A stretch of DNA of 62,916 nt, the filler included, from Sluysia triapertura (lineage: Eukaryota): the NCBI GenBank assembly GCA_046118255.1. It is 4 parts of 4 records of this genome, joined end to end, with 100 filler letters (N's around TTAATTAATTAA, not from the genome) between each part and the next. Parts side by side here need not be neighbours in the genome. Positions count along the whole stretch, not along the records: positions 19,325 to 34,987 come from JBJNIA010222354.1; positions 35,088 to 47,146 come from JBJNIA010143167.1; 2 more parts are not named here. One strand, 5' to 3'. Under the pieces are notes generated by a model. That model made no database searches. It was not told the DNA's origin and saw only the letters and a program-made list of their open reading frames with translations. The translations under genes were made by a program, and so were the position numbers. This document shows, one piece after another, positions 26,111-38,535 of this stretch; the first letter of the stretch is position 1, and each line of letters opens with the position of its first letter.

Positions 26111-29100
26111 TCACGAATTATATCAACAATAACAAGAAGAAAAATAAAAGGAATTTTAAACAAATATAAATTTATTCTACAAAATGCTATGACCAAATCG
26201 AAAAGAAGTTCGGATTTCTGTTACATGTTCCACAATTTGTTAATGTCGAACCAGTAAGTAATTTTCTAACATGGGTAAAGTTTTATATCTGTGTTATGCC
26301 AAATGATGTTGCAGAAAGAAATACATATAGAATATCATACGAAACATTAATACATTTTAGTACAGAATCTAACTGTACAAAATTAGACTTTGAAGATATG
26401 GAATCGTCAATCAGTATTAGTAATCCCAATATTCCACAATCTAAAACCCCAATCAAGAATTTCAAATCCAGGCATCATAATTCGATTCAAAGACGGCATT
26501 ATGCCCATATGAGATTACGCAATCTGGTAATTGTCAAAAGTACGGTATTAATTGTAAATACATGCACTCTGTTGAAGAGCTCAAAGAAATAGAAATTGCC
26601 TTGGCAGTTAACAACATTCATCTCAATCGTATAAAAATCGATAGACATTTTTGTTCTAGCACAACTTCTATCAACAACGTCGCTCGCAGTACTCACCAAT
26701 GATGTCAAAAAACTACAATCCGATAAACCCATATCAGCTGAAATCAAAGTAATTTACAAATATGATTATGATGATAATGATTTAATTATATTTTTTGTTT
26801 AGTTAGTGAAACCTGGTCCAGTGGAAGACATGTCCAAAATTTAATCTTTATTAACGTTAACATTTTTAGTTGTAACATTATGAATAAATTTTTCTTTGTG
26901 TACAAATCATTGTTCATTTTCAATTATCTTAAAATCTTGTATTTCGAAATAATAATAACAAAATATAAATTTAATTTTCAATTTTGTAATAAAAAATTAA
27001 ATTTTTAATTATCTCAATTGTATTTCTTAACTTTAACAACATTAAAACCTTATACCCAGGGTTGACACAACACGGTAAATGATGATGCCCTTATTTAACA
27101 ATAATAAAATAATAAAAACACAAATCACTAACCGCAATAATAGTCGCATTACTTATAAAGATGTGTCAATTGCTAAAGATAAATCCTCAATTACAATGTT
27201 TACCAAAAATGTGTTGATGCAACTCTCTTAATTGAAATAAAGCTCGGTATTTTAAATATTTTGTCTTGTCCAGCAATCTTGTTCTGATTTCATCACAAAA
27301 ATGCAATCGTTTATATAGTAGTTGGGCAATTACTTAGGAGATTAAAAATCTGAAAATGGAAATAATTACTTGATATAAGTATTCATTCATTTTGGTCAGT
27401 CAATTTAATAATTAAATTTTAAAAGTAATTTCCGTCGGCTTCCAATTTTATTATCTACTGTATTTTGCGATTAACAATCTGATCAACATAACTGAATCAA
27501 ATTTAATATCATTATTACACTAATATTTTGTTATTAACATATGTCAACTTAAAATAAACATAAGAAACACATACCAAATTTAATCTCTATAGAAAGTTTT
27601 TATACCATATGTTGCTTTAGTGTTAATATTATGACACAATAATTATCTAAAGATTAAAAGTTATTAAGATAAAAGTTATTATGAAAGTTCACGTCATTTA
27701 CAGAAATATTAATTATATTTTCACATGAAAACATAATTAATGATAAAGAGAGAAGAAAGTCAAAAAGACTTACTTCTAGACCCATAATTTTATTGTTCGG
27801 GAACTCAAATTGTTTCTCGTCATCGTCTACAACCAAATAATAATATACAGTATTAGGCCACGAATCATCTTATATCGCTTCGCCAAATTTCACCATAGAA
27901 TTAGAACATCATACATAAACCATTGCAACTAATGAGATTATAAACTTATCCTTTGTTACCGGAACTAACTTTATAAACTGGCTCATTAACATGTATAGAT
28001 TTAGCCGTGGGAGTATTAATAAAATAATCATTTGGTGCAAATGTTAAAATACTTTTAAATCTAGATTTAACATCATCAAATTCATCGACATCGAAACTAA
28101 CTAAAGATTGTAGTAAACACTTGTTCTGTTGAGTGGTTACTAAAAATATTGGTATAGAAATTTTGAATATATATGATTAAGTTCGTGTGCTGCTTAAACA
28201 ATGAGTGTAAGTCATAGTTTATACGCTGCTGGCATAATGGTTGTCTTTTAAATCATACTTCTTCTCTACTTCTAATTTTCATCTCTAACATGCTCATTCA
28301 ATCTATCAACATAACTCAGCACATCATCAAATTTTTCTATTAAAGAATTCAAGCTTCGATTCTGTTCAGCATTGTCGTTACTTTCCGTTGTTGGTAAAAT
28401 AAGAGTAAACGCCATGCTTTCTATTATGTTGTATACGAATGAAGATTGCGCCGGACTAATAAATTTGCAAGATTTATATATTATTTTTTAAAAAGGCAAC
28501 TTTTTATGTTGACGTAAAATAAATTTAATTTTATAAAATTTTATTATTGTTATTAGTATTATAATTATTATTATTAAGAATTATTATTATTATTATTATT
28601 AAATTATTATCGTTATTATTATGAATAGACTCGTCTGAATTTTTATAGACAAAATTAGACTTATTTATATCATTTTTCTCTAAGAATTCATCATTTATAA
28701 ACGTATATGGACTACTTATTGCAGATGAATGACGAACACTGCTTTGATGGATCGAATAAATACGATTTGATTGATTTACGTCATTTGCAGAATCAGAAAT
28801 TACTCTTGATAAATTATCATTATAAAATTAAATATTAATTTCTTATTGGAGATGTAGCCACAAAAGCTTGTAATCCATATCAGCTGTATTTTTTAGGTAC
28901 GTTTCTAATAAATGGCAAAGTTTACTGCAAATAAATTCATCGAATATTACGAGAACATAAATCTTAAGAAAAAATGTTATTTCCTATCCCTCGATGATTT
29001 AAATTTGCCTTTCTTTATTGTCTAAGCAATTTGGAGATGGAAATGTTTTTTTACAAAATCAATGACATGATCCAAGTTTAAACCGATGTGATCTTCTGAT

Positions 29101-29142
29101 ATTGGAGTGGTTGCTTTCTTTGAATTGATGATCCATAGTATT

Positions 29143-29292
29143 TCATTTATTATCAGTCAATTTTCTTCTTGTTTTTTCTCTTTCGTATTGAAGAATTAAT
29201 TCTGTTTTATCCTTCTTCAACATTTCTGACTTTTCTACTAATTAGTCTCTATTAGTATACAACTTGTCAATTATTTCCGTCGAATGTTTCAT
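29143..29292 (-). pseudogene. JIP3/JIP4 (UNC-16/Sunday driver) RH1-domain fragment
   Basis: MKHSTEIIDKLYTNRD*LVEKSEMLKKDKTELILQYEREKTRRKLTDNK; L..QYEREK..RK is the JIP3/4 RH1 signature. Confidence 0.65.
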
Positions 29293-29299
29293 TCTAATC

Positions 29300-29534
29300 T
29301 CGGGTACGAGTATTACAAAAATTTGAGTTAGAAAGGCAAGAGATATAAATGTTAAGAAGAAATGAGAGTCATAAAGGAGAATTGAGAGGAATTGAAGTTG
29401 AATTATAAAAATTTTATTTTCTTTTTGTAGATTAATTTTAAATTTGAATTTATTGAAATTTAATATATTAAATGGTTTAGGTATTGTGTGGTTGTAAAGT
29501 ATTGAAATTTTGAGTAATGAGTTTGGTCACCACA
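29300..29534 (-). mobile_element. Short-leader terminus of the cargo family, directly upstream of the JIP3 fragment
   Basis: Ends GAGTTTGGTCACCACA. Similar short leader at 52140-52374 (GGTTGAACAACCACA). Other end not identified. Confidence 0.6.
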
Positions 29535-29765
29535 ATCGCACTTTGACTTCAATTTAATATATACTTTAATTATACTTAGGCATTACAACATGCATAAATT
29601 TAATTTTTGATTATATGAACTAATTAAACCGTCAACGTGCTTCGTGACATTTCAACAATATGAATACTCAGCATTTCGCACTAATTCTAATGCTATTTAT
29701 TGAACAATAAGTTTTATTAAATCAAGCATTATGAACAATGAAATATGTGGTATTATTAGGCACCA

Positions 29766-31046
29766 TGTGGTGGTCCACCCTACACCTACCTATATATCAC
29801 ATCAGTCATAACATTCATCCACACAAAAAATTACATTATAACAAGTCTTATCTACATCAATTATAACATTACAACACTCATCCTTATAAAATCTCAAATG
29901 CCTAATAAAATCCTTTTTACTAACACCTCATCAAAATAAATCACAGTGCATTGTCACTTTGCCATCATTATGATACAATATCTTTTTATCTGTATATTAT
30001 AACCATTTTAGTTTATATTTCTATATATTTTATAATTTTCTAATAATTTCCTTTTCGCAAAAAATTATGTAGTAATAAGCAAATGAAAAGAACAAGGAGA
30101 AGGCTTGAATGAAATTGAAGAGTTAAAAAGTCAAACTAAAGGAATTCTTAATAAAATGGTAACTCAAAATTTTGATCACCGTCTTGAAAATTTAGTTAAA
30201 TTAAAAATTGGAATTCAGGAAGGAATGAAATATTTTAAAAGCAATAAAAGAAGAAGTTTATTGTGTCATTTTTGCAAAAATTTGTTTATATTTAGTAAGT
30301 AATAAAGCAGATGTGTCAGAAAGTGAAATTGTTTTAATTATGTAAAATTTTAAAAAATCTTAAAAGAGACAATAAAGAATTGTTACCATATTGATCTAAA
30401 TTACAATATTGCTCTAAATCACTAGTAATAAAACGTGACATTAAGCTTTGAAAGAAAATTTCCTTTTTTGTTTATTAAATCAATTATAAAGGATGTAAAA
30501 ATTGATAGAACTGATCCAAGGTTGTTATTGATATGCAAGTTTATTAAAGAACCCTTAGTAATTAGTCTAATGTTTATCGGAAAGACAAGAACCCATATGT
30601 GGGATTACCAAGGAATCCCTAACAATTGGGAAGGAAGCAGTTACCTTTCGAATGGTTTTTAGAAGCTCAATTCCAATCATCCAAAAAACGAACCATTGTA
30701 TCTGTAATATATTTTTATAATAACTGTCTCGATTTTGCATACATGTGTAGAACGTTTTCAAGTTAAAGATTTTTATATTTCTAAGCCTTCTTATGGTGAT
30801 TATCATCATTTAAATGAATTCGTAAATTTGATTTGTGTCGTAAAGAGAAACACTAAGGAAGATATAAGTATTGGTTTAGAGAAGTTAGATAATTCGATCT
30901 TGAAATTTACGTATCGAATAAAAAGTTTACAGCGCAATCAAAACGCGATTTCGTATTATTCTAGGTCGAGTTTGAAATCGAATAGCTATGATAACTTTTT
31001 GAAATAATTGTTTATAGTATAAATTTGAAATTAATCTTGCAACACA
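29766..31046 (+). mobile_element. Gene-carrying element, 1281 bp, 5-bp TSD CACCA
   Basis: CACCA at 29761-29765 and 31047-31051. Starts TGTGGTGGTCCACC and ends TTGCAACACA. A ~300-bp A/C-rich leader precedes coding remnants; no twin hairpins seen. Confidence 0.75.
30083..30560 (+). pseudogene. eIF4G-like MIF4G-domain fragment
   Basis: EELKSQTKGILNKMVTQNFDHRLENLVKLKI matches the MIF4G start (..ILNKLT..NF..L); a later ICKFIKE resembles IKFIGEL. Followed by an unrelated coding remnant (30570-31007). Confidence 0.6.
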
Positions 31047-31877
31047 CACCAAGTAATAATGTTCCTATTCTAAAGAGAGCTTCAGACCTCATAGTTTGTG
31101 GAGTTTATCGATTGCATATAACTGTTTATTTAAGTTCTGTAATTAATGTTTCATTCAACTTTTGATTTGAATTTTAGTCTAATTTTGAAATTCTGGGATG
31201 TTTGTTTTGCTTGTTGACATTAAGTACGCGATGCATCGTTGTTACAATAATCTTAATTGGATGATGTAAACCCACAATCCGGTAATCGAACTAAAATTCT
31301 TGAATAATCCTTTTTGTTCTCATGTTTTATCATGTAGATGTAATTTTTTATCACGAGTTTAACATTTTAGATGATTTTAAAGTTAAAAGGTTGGACAAAA
31401 TTAATAGTTGCAACGCAAACGTACGTATTCGTCGAGGCCGGTATAAAGTTTTAAATAATTTTAAAATCAATTATAGTTACATTATTGTTTGCCTTCCGTA
31501 TGATTTTTTATCATGTCTAAGCCTTTTAGTATAATTTATATTGTTCAAAAATTTGGGAAGAGTGCATCCAGTGAACTGATATTCGATAAACCAATGATTT
31601 ATAACGAATGTAAGTCTTATATCATTATGGTTGTTAATTTTTTTATGTATCACCAATTTTTGTCAACTCAATCTTATTTGTCTATAATAAAAATTTTTCA
31701 TGTTACTTTTATTTAAAAGTTTTCTTTCATAAAGAAATTTTCGAGTGCCTTAAGCACCAATATTGTCATAACTTTAGTCATTATATAAATAAAACTCCTA
31801 GTAATAATATGAATAACAAAAGAGATAACAATAATTTTAATTTCTTAAATAATAAAATTAAATCCACAATATGTCGC

Positions 31878-32390
31878 TCACCTTCTCGTCATATCCGGTA
31901 GTGTGAGCCATGTTGCGCGATTGTCGGCATGTGGGCTACTTAAGGTTTGTACATTAAGGTTTCGCAGGTGAAATGAAAGTCGGGATTTGATGAAATTTCT
32001 ATGAATTATAAATATGTTGTAATAGTAGCATTTCGAGGAGCGAAATATCAGATTAACCGATCTTGCTTTTTCTACCAGTATGTGTAGCTTTCTCTGGAGG
32101 TTCTCAATCCTAGTGTCAATCAGAGCGATATCATCGGCGTAGGCAAGATATGGAGGAAATTTCAAATCGGAAGAGAGAATAATGTCATGAACGATGGACA
32201 CCCCCTGTTTCACGCCGGATGTAATTGGTATTGGATCGGTAATCACATCATTGCATTTATATGTTGTGGTCGAGTTTTGGTACAGATCCTTTAATGTGTT
32301 TAGAGTTACCGAATGAAGCTCCATACATGATAATGTGTGCCATATGAGGTTGTGAGGCACCGAGCCAAATGCATTAGCCAAGTCCAAAAA
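31878..32390 (-). mobile_element. NeSL/Utopia-type reverse-transcriptase fragment
   Basis: DLANAFGSVPH...DLYQNSTT...IPITSGVKQG...LAYADDIAL, with internal deletions. Confidence 0.9.
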
Positions 32391-32410
32391 ATTATAGACC
32401 CGATTGTTTA

Positions 32411-33580
32411 TTGGACTTTAATATGCAATGGCTCTTAACTAGACAGCTACATATTAATAGAACACAAAAATTAATCATAAATGCGTTTAAATTAGCTAAA
32501 ACTAGTAATGCGTTTTGGAATTTATTACAAACTGTTGGTCGAGATGAAATTATATTACATTTACATATTGGTGAAATAAAAATAATTCAACAAAATGTGG
32601 AAAGACTTACTGATATAGCTAAACCTTATGATGTAAAATCGTTATTGAAAGCATGTGAAAACTTCATAATGAGTAATATTAATATTGATAATTGTTGGGA
32701 TTATTGGAAACTAGCTAAGAAACTTAATTTATCAATTATGTCAATTTATTTATTTTAAGTTAATTTGTATACGCTTGAAAATTTTTCTGAAATATCTAAA
32801 AACATTGAATTTTTAATGGTGGATTATGAATAATTGAAAAAATTTCTGTGTGATGATAAAATTAACATTCAAAATGAAATTATTTTATTTTAAGCTATTA
32901 TTAAATGGATTGAAAATGACTTGAAAAATCGTGAAATACATTTAATTTTTTTACTTAACTGTTTGAGATTAGCTAGATTAATTTTAAATGAAATAAATTT
33001 AATTAAAAAAATTAATATAGTTAAAAATATGCCAAATTCTTCAAAAATGACTTTGGTATTAGCTAAGAGTTAAATTTTACACAATAAGCATAGTATGCGT
33101 ATTTTACCTTCATCATTTAAGTAGACCGCATTTACCACATCAGCGTATTTTAGTTTTTGGTTGAGGTATATTTTGTTCACCCTATCGTAAAATCAAAGTT
33201 TCTAATAATCGTGATGAGACTTGGTCAATTTTGCGGCCAATTTTTGAAACAGTCGTAGTAGATGATTGTCTTTACATGCTTATTGGACTATGTGAAAAGT
33301 TTTTACCAACACCATCCTTATTTAAGTTTTCACTGCATAATCTTCAATGGTCACCATCAGCATCTGCAGTTTTAAGCAATCAAGTATATGCTATTGGAGG
33401 ACATCGTGAAGGTTGGGAAACTTTATCCAGCATGGAAAGATATAATAATAAAACAAATACATATAATAATAAAATAAAAGATATAATAATAAAACAAATA
33501 TGTAGCACCATTATTATTTAAATGCAATTTCTCATCTGCAGCTATTCTTGATAATAAGATATATGTATGTGGTGAAAAAC
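32411..33580 (+). pseudogene. Intronless BTB-BACK-Kelch (KLHL10-like) pseudogene
   Basis: NVERLTDIAKPYDVKSLLKACENFIMSNINIDNCWDYWKLA (BTB/BACK); FLCDDKINIQNEIILF*AIIKWIEND (BACK); VLSNQVYAIGGHREGWETLSSMERY and SAAILDNKIYVCG (Kelch). Multiple stops and frameshifts. Confidence 0.85.
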
Positions 33581-33849
33581 CAGTATTCGAAAAAATAAAT
33601 TCTAAAAATATAGTTAGTAATCATTCAATAACTTTGTTCATTAGCGTTATTATTATTTTTCTAAATGTTACGTTGAAAAATAAATTCAACCTTTGTTATG
33701 TGTTTAAGTTGTTGTTTACAAAAGTCCTAAGCCTACTTTATTAATTGTTTTAAAGTTAAATTTAAATTGTTTTTTGTTAAGTTAATTTTTTAACTTTTTT
33801 AATAAAAATTTAAAAACAAAATTTAATGTTTCAAATAATTGCTACAAAA

Positions 33850-34987
33850 GAAAAGAAATAAGCAAAAATAATTATAAATTTCTAATATTAAAAGATAAAA
33901 AGCCCTCCCACAAAAGGTGATCCAGGAGAAGAATGTTTGCAGTATTTCAGCGTGGTTAGGGTCATTTGTAAAGTAATCCGTAAACATTCGTAGGTGTGTA
34001 ATCGTAGATAGGCCGAAGGATGGAATGTCTAAAATACTGGCAAGTCGCATCAGCCGTAGGGTTAGTCGGAGGGTTGGCTGTTCCAATTATGAGCTGGAAC
34101 GCCTTTGTCTGGTTTTCTTAAAAGATTCTGTCCAGATTGGGTTTTGAGGGTTCATTATGTTGATTTCTTTTGTGTTGAGCGGGAATATTTGGGAATTAGC
34201 GATTGAATAACCTCGCAGAAGTTGTTGAATATTTCATCAATTGAGGAATTGGTGCTGATTATCTTAATATAAAAAGATTGGATAGAGGGATATGGATGTT
34301 TGGGTTTGGTGCAAGAAGTAGGGTTGATATTTTTATCAACAATATTGTACAGTTTTATCTTTGTTGCTAGTATGTCTGTTTGATCAAATTGTTCCAGTTT
34401 GTGATATATTTTGTACTGTGATGCAATATCGCATGTTGATGCTCCTGTGTTTTCGGGTACACTGGAAGTGACGTATGGATAATGATGATATTGCTGATAT
34501 AATGGCCTACATATATGAGGTGTTGGGAATTCGTGATCAGTGGATCAATGATTGTGTATGTGTTGTCATTCATGTCAAAGATCAATAATATCCAGTGGTG
34601 ACCACTATTGATTACCCAATACTGGTACGACCATTTAGAAAGCTCAGTAGTGGAAAGTTGTTCAAGAATGCCTGTTCATGGATGCAGATTGCAACCATCA
34701 CCTGTTAGTGAGTTTGATTCCTTTATAGAGTCAAGATCGGCTGTCGCCACTTCATCGGCGAGATTATTCGTGATTGTATGGCTTGATGATGGTTACCTTT
34801 CCAGTTGGTAACTTGTGTATCTTCTGCTGGTGCCTCCTGAGGTTTCCTTCATCGTTCGAGTTCAACTTAAAATTTTTCTGACAGGAGCTACATTTTACCA
34901 GATTGGGATTCATTAGAATGTAATGAGTGTGGCCAATTCAGAGCTTGCTATCGGAGTGTTTCATCTTTTATGGATGCGAATAGGTCA
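33850..34987 (-). mobile_element. NeSL-clade fragment with Ulp1-like cysteine protease and pre-RT region
   Basis: GHHWILLIFDMNDNTYTIIDPL (catalytic His/Asp context), a downstream PENTGASTC (Cys context), then QNLFKKTRQ (pre-RT motif). AAAGATAAAAAGCCC near 33895 resembles the 3' UTR at ~12225. Confidence 0.65.
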
Positions 34988-35087
34988 NNNNNNNNNNNNN
35001 NNNNNNNNNNNNNNNNNNNNNNNNNNNNNNNTTAATTAATTAANNNNNNNNNNNNNNNNNNNNNNNNNNNNNNNNNNNNNNNNNNNN

Positions 35088-36470
35088 TATGTTACTTTTG
35101 TTGCAACGATTACTTTCTTTATCAAAAACAAATTTAAAAAGTTTGCATATTATACTTATGATAGTATTTTGAGAATTAAATGAAAACACTTTACGAACAT
35201 AAAAATTTTTATTTAATTTAATGACAAATTTCGAATGCATCCTTTTTGTGCTCCTACGTACATTACCGTGAATTGTGTTTAAGTAGACATCTGAATAAAA
35301 ATTACAATTTGAATAATATATAAAGTAAATAAAAGTGAAATTTACGTTTGAATTGATTCTAACATGATTAAGTGCATCAGAAGTATAATACAATTTAAAA
35401 ACATCATCTCCTTTTTGCTCAATTATGTATATACAAACAAAAACTTTTTTATAATGCTTACTCTTTAGTTCACATGGATCATGATCATTACGACTTGTAA
35501 GGTATTGATACAGCAAAATATTTTCAATTATATTTTTACAGTCATTACATTCTGTATTTCGGATCAACATAAAATGAAAATTATTAACGATAATTACGAT
35601 AAACTTTATTCTACAACTTGTTATAACATATTGATTAGAAGCAAAAAGTATGATCTGGGTAGATTCATATTTATTAAATGAACTGGCCAATTCATAATTG
35701 TAATACGTACATAAATATGCATCCGGAATTACTATTGCATCATGATTAATATTCTTATAAACTTTATAAATTTCTTTATTTTTGTTATTGATGATGTTCT
35801 TAATAGTACTTAGAATTATATCAACCAAATTTTCGCATTTGTTAAGATTATAGAAATCCAATTTAGTGGTTTGTCCTGCTTTCGAAACGACTTTCAAATT
35901 ATAAACTGTATACCGAAGGAAGTGTAATGGCCGGATAACATTGAAATTGTAGAAATAAATATAATCGACTTGTTTGACTCTAAATTGAGTGTTACATTAA
36001 AATTTTGTCCTTTATTAAAATTTCCGATAAATAAATTCTTCTGACTGTCACAAATATAGCAATGTTTTACAGATAATCGATGAAAGAGAAAAAAATTACT
36101 GTTTAATTTTCTAAAAAATTTTGCATAATATGATATTTTTAATTTTTACCTAATTTTAGCAAATGATAACCGGTGATTGGTCATCCAACCAGAGTTGTTT
36201 GGCAGTACAAAATGAATTTAATTCTGGTTGGATGCCAGTAATATGAATGAAAAATTTGTTAAATTAACAATGGTGAGTGATTAGCCATCATCAATATTGA
36301 CACAAATGTATTTATTGTAATGAGTAGTGTCAATATTGGTGATGGTGGAAACAATTTTAAATGCGTTTTATGTGAGCAATAATGATAATAATAAATAAAT
36401 AAAATAATAATTTGATAATAATAATAGTACAAATATAATGAAAACTTGACAGTAATAATAACAATAACAA

Positions 36471-36521
<51 letters not shown>

Positions 36522-37363
36522 CAATAATAAAAGAAAATGCATAAACTTGTAATAATTCTACATGAGCTTTCTTTTGGTACTTTCTAGATTCTCAACATAT
36601 TTTAAATCTAAATGAGATGAAAAATGATGAATTTGAATGCAGTAAAACAATAATAAGATCCACGATGTTATAGTTATTGTTACTATTGCTTTGCATAAAC
36701 TTGAATTCTTTAAAGCTGTACACAATCTTACTTTCAATCGTTAAAATTTCTAAGCACATTGTAATGAGCTTAAATATATTTGAAGCTAAAATCTTTGGAC
36801 AAAGATTAGTTTACATGAATTTATATGTGTGATTAACGTTTCGAGTTATGTTAATAGTTTTATGTCGTTTAGTGAAACGGAGAATGTTATAATAGATTTT
36901 GAATGGTGATTTAAGTTCTTGATTGAGAACGACACTTGAGTATTGGAAAATCGTGAATAAAAAACCTATTGAGAAAAATGTGGTTTAATAAATTTGAAAA
37001 GGTAATTATAGTACAACTCCTATTATATTTGGAAGGTTATTGTGCACTATTATACGTGGTTTGTTTTCTTGTTGTTTAGAGTGTTAGTGGTTATGTAATG
37101 AAAAATGATGGATTTAAGATGTTGTAATTGATTCGAAGGTATGGAGTGGGTAATTTCGGATGTTGTTATGAATGTCGAGTAACATGTTTTTGGTGGATTT
37201 GTTGGTTCAAATTGGTAATATTGGATGTAATTGTGATTTGTTTGTTGTGGAATTCTGAGTATGAATTGATTTTAGTAGGTAAACTGTTTTGTGAGTATGT
37301 AGGAGATAGATGTGTGAATGTTAGAGTGTTTAAAAAAATTAATTTTTAATAAAATTAATGACA
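35088..37363 (-). mobile_element. Gene-carrying element member, truncated by a gap
   Basis: Leader 36570-37360 aligns with 23420-24030. Twin hairpins at 36176-36239 and 36285-36345. Cargo ORF of at least 270 aa (35088-35897), unknown family. Confidence 0.75.
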
Positions 37364-37589
37364 TAGATTGCTTAATTTTCAAATTTCGTAACGATGTTTT
37401 ATTTTTTAGGTTTATAATTTTTTAATTTATATTTAATTTAAATTCTTTTTTACATAATTTACTTAATTGTTTGAAAAACCCTATTTCATTCTTGCTTAGA
37501 AGCACTTGGAAGAGCGCAAATCACAAAATAACATCGTACACCAGCTTTAAAATCTTTATTCTTAACCAATTGTATCTTAAGATTCATTT

Positions 37590-38370
37590 TATAATTTGTT
37601 ATAACTTATTAATTATTAATTCAATTTCTGTGATTTTAGATTCCAATTTGTGACCGATTTTATTTGGGCGGTCCTCTTGATATTCGAGGATTTGAATTAG
37701 CAGGTATAGGACCCATTTGCCAAATACCACGTAGTCGATTTGGATGCAGTTTGGGATCTTATAAGTATGTAAAACATGGTCTTCATCTATACTCAAACCT
37801 TCCATTTATTAAAAATGATGGATTTGGCAGTTTGTTTCGTTTACATGGTTTTCTAGTGTCTTCAATTAGCGACTGGAAATTGAATACATTTGGACAGGCC
37901 CAACAAAATAAAGTAGATAATGTCTTTCAGAATGTATTGAGTTGTTTGCCTGTTTTGAGGTTTCGTTTGATTTATTTTTAAATATTTAATTTTACTATTT
38001 TCACACATTTTATTATTGTGATCTATAAATAATCTACAAGTAATCCTTGTGTTATTCACATCTGATTTATATTTTAAGTAGAATTATCAAAGATACATAT
38101 ATGAAAATCGCTCTCTGTGTTTTGTTAACTCTCGCGTTCATCCTATAATTATCTTACAAATTTCCAGTGCATCTTTTAAAACAGGCTTGTGGTATATCTT
38201 GTATTTTATGTAGTGGTGGCAGTAAAAACCACATTTCTTATGATTATTTACCATTCGTAGTTTGTATTGTAAATCAGAAGTTTCTTAAAGTCTTTATCAT
38301 GATTTATTTACTTTCAAGATTAAAATCGAATTCATTTTGAACGATGCATGATTAGGAAATTTTGTATCAT
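37590..38370 (-). mobile_element. Probable Penelope-like element remnant (RT C-terminus plus GIY-YIG)
   Basis: KYKIYHKP (cf. YRKP), then KDIIYFI/CWAC...LIEDTR (degenerate GIY-YIG) and ILEYQED...KLES. Heavily decayed. Confidence 0.45.
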
Positions 38371-38535
38371 TGATGGGATAAAGGCCTAAAGAGACATGTA
38401 GAATTATGGTAGTAATATTGACTATAATAAAATACTATTGTTAGACGGGCTGATAGCTCCATAGGTAAGCATGGAACTATGCAGCGAGAGGGTCCGGGTT
38501 CGATTCCTGGTCATTCCATTTTATGATGTCTAACA
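38371..38535 (+). mobile_element. tRNA-Cys-like TG...CA element (copy 3)
   Basis: TGATGGGATAAAGGCCTAAAG...TGTTAGACGGGCTGATAGCTC...GGGTTCGATTCCTGGTCATTCCATTTTATGATGTCTAACA; flanks TCAT/TCAC. Confidence 0.8.
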
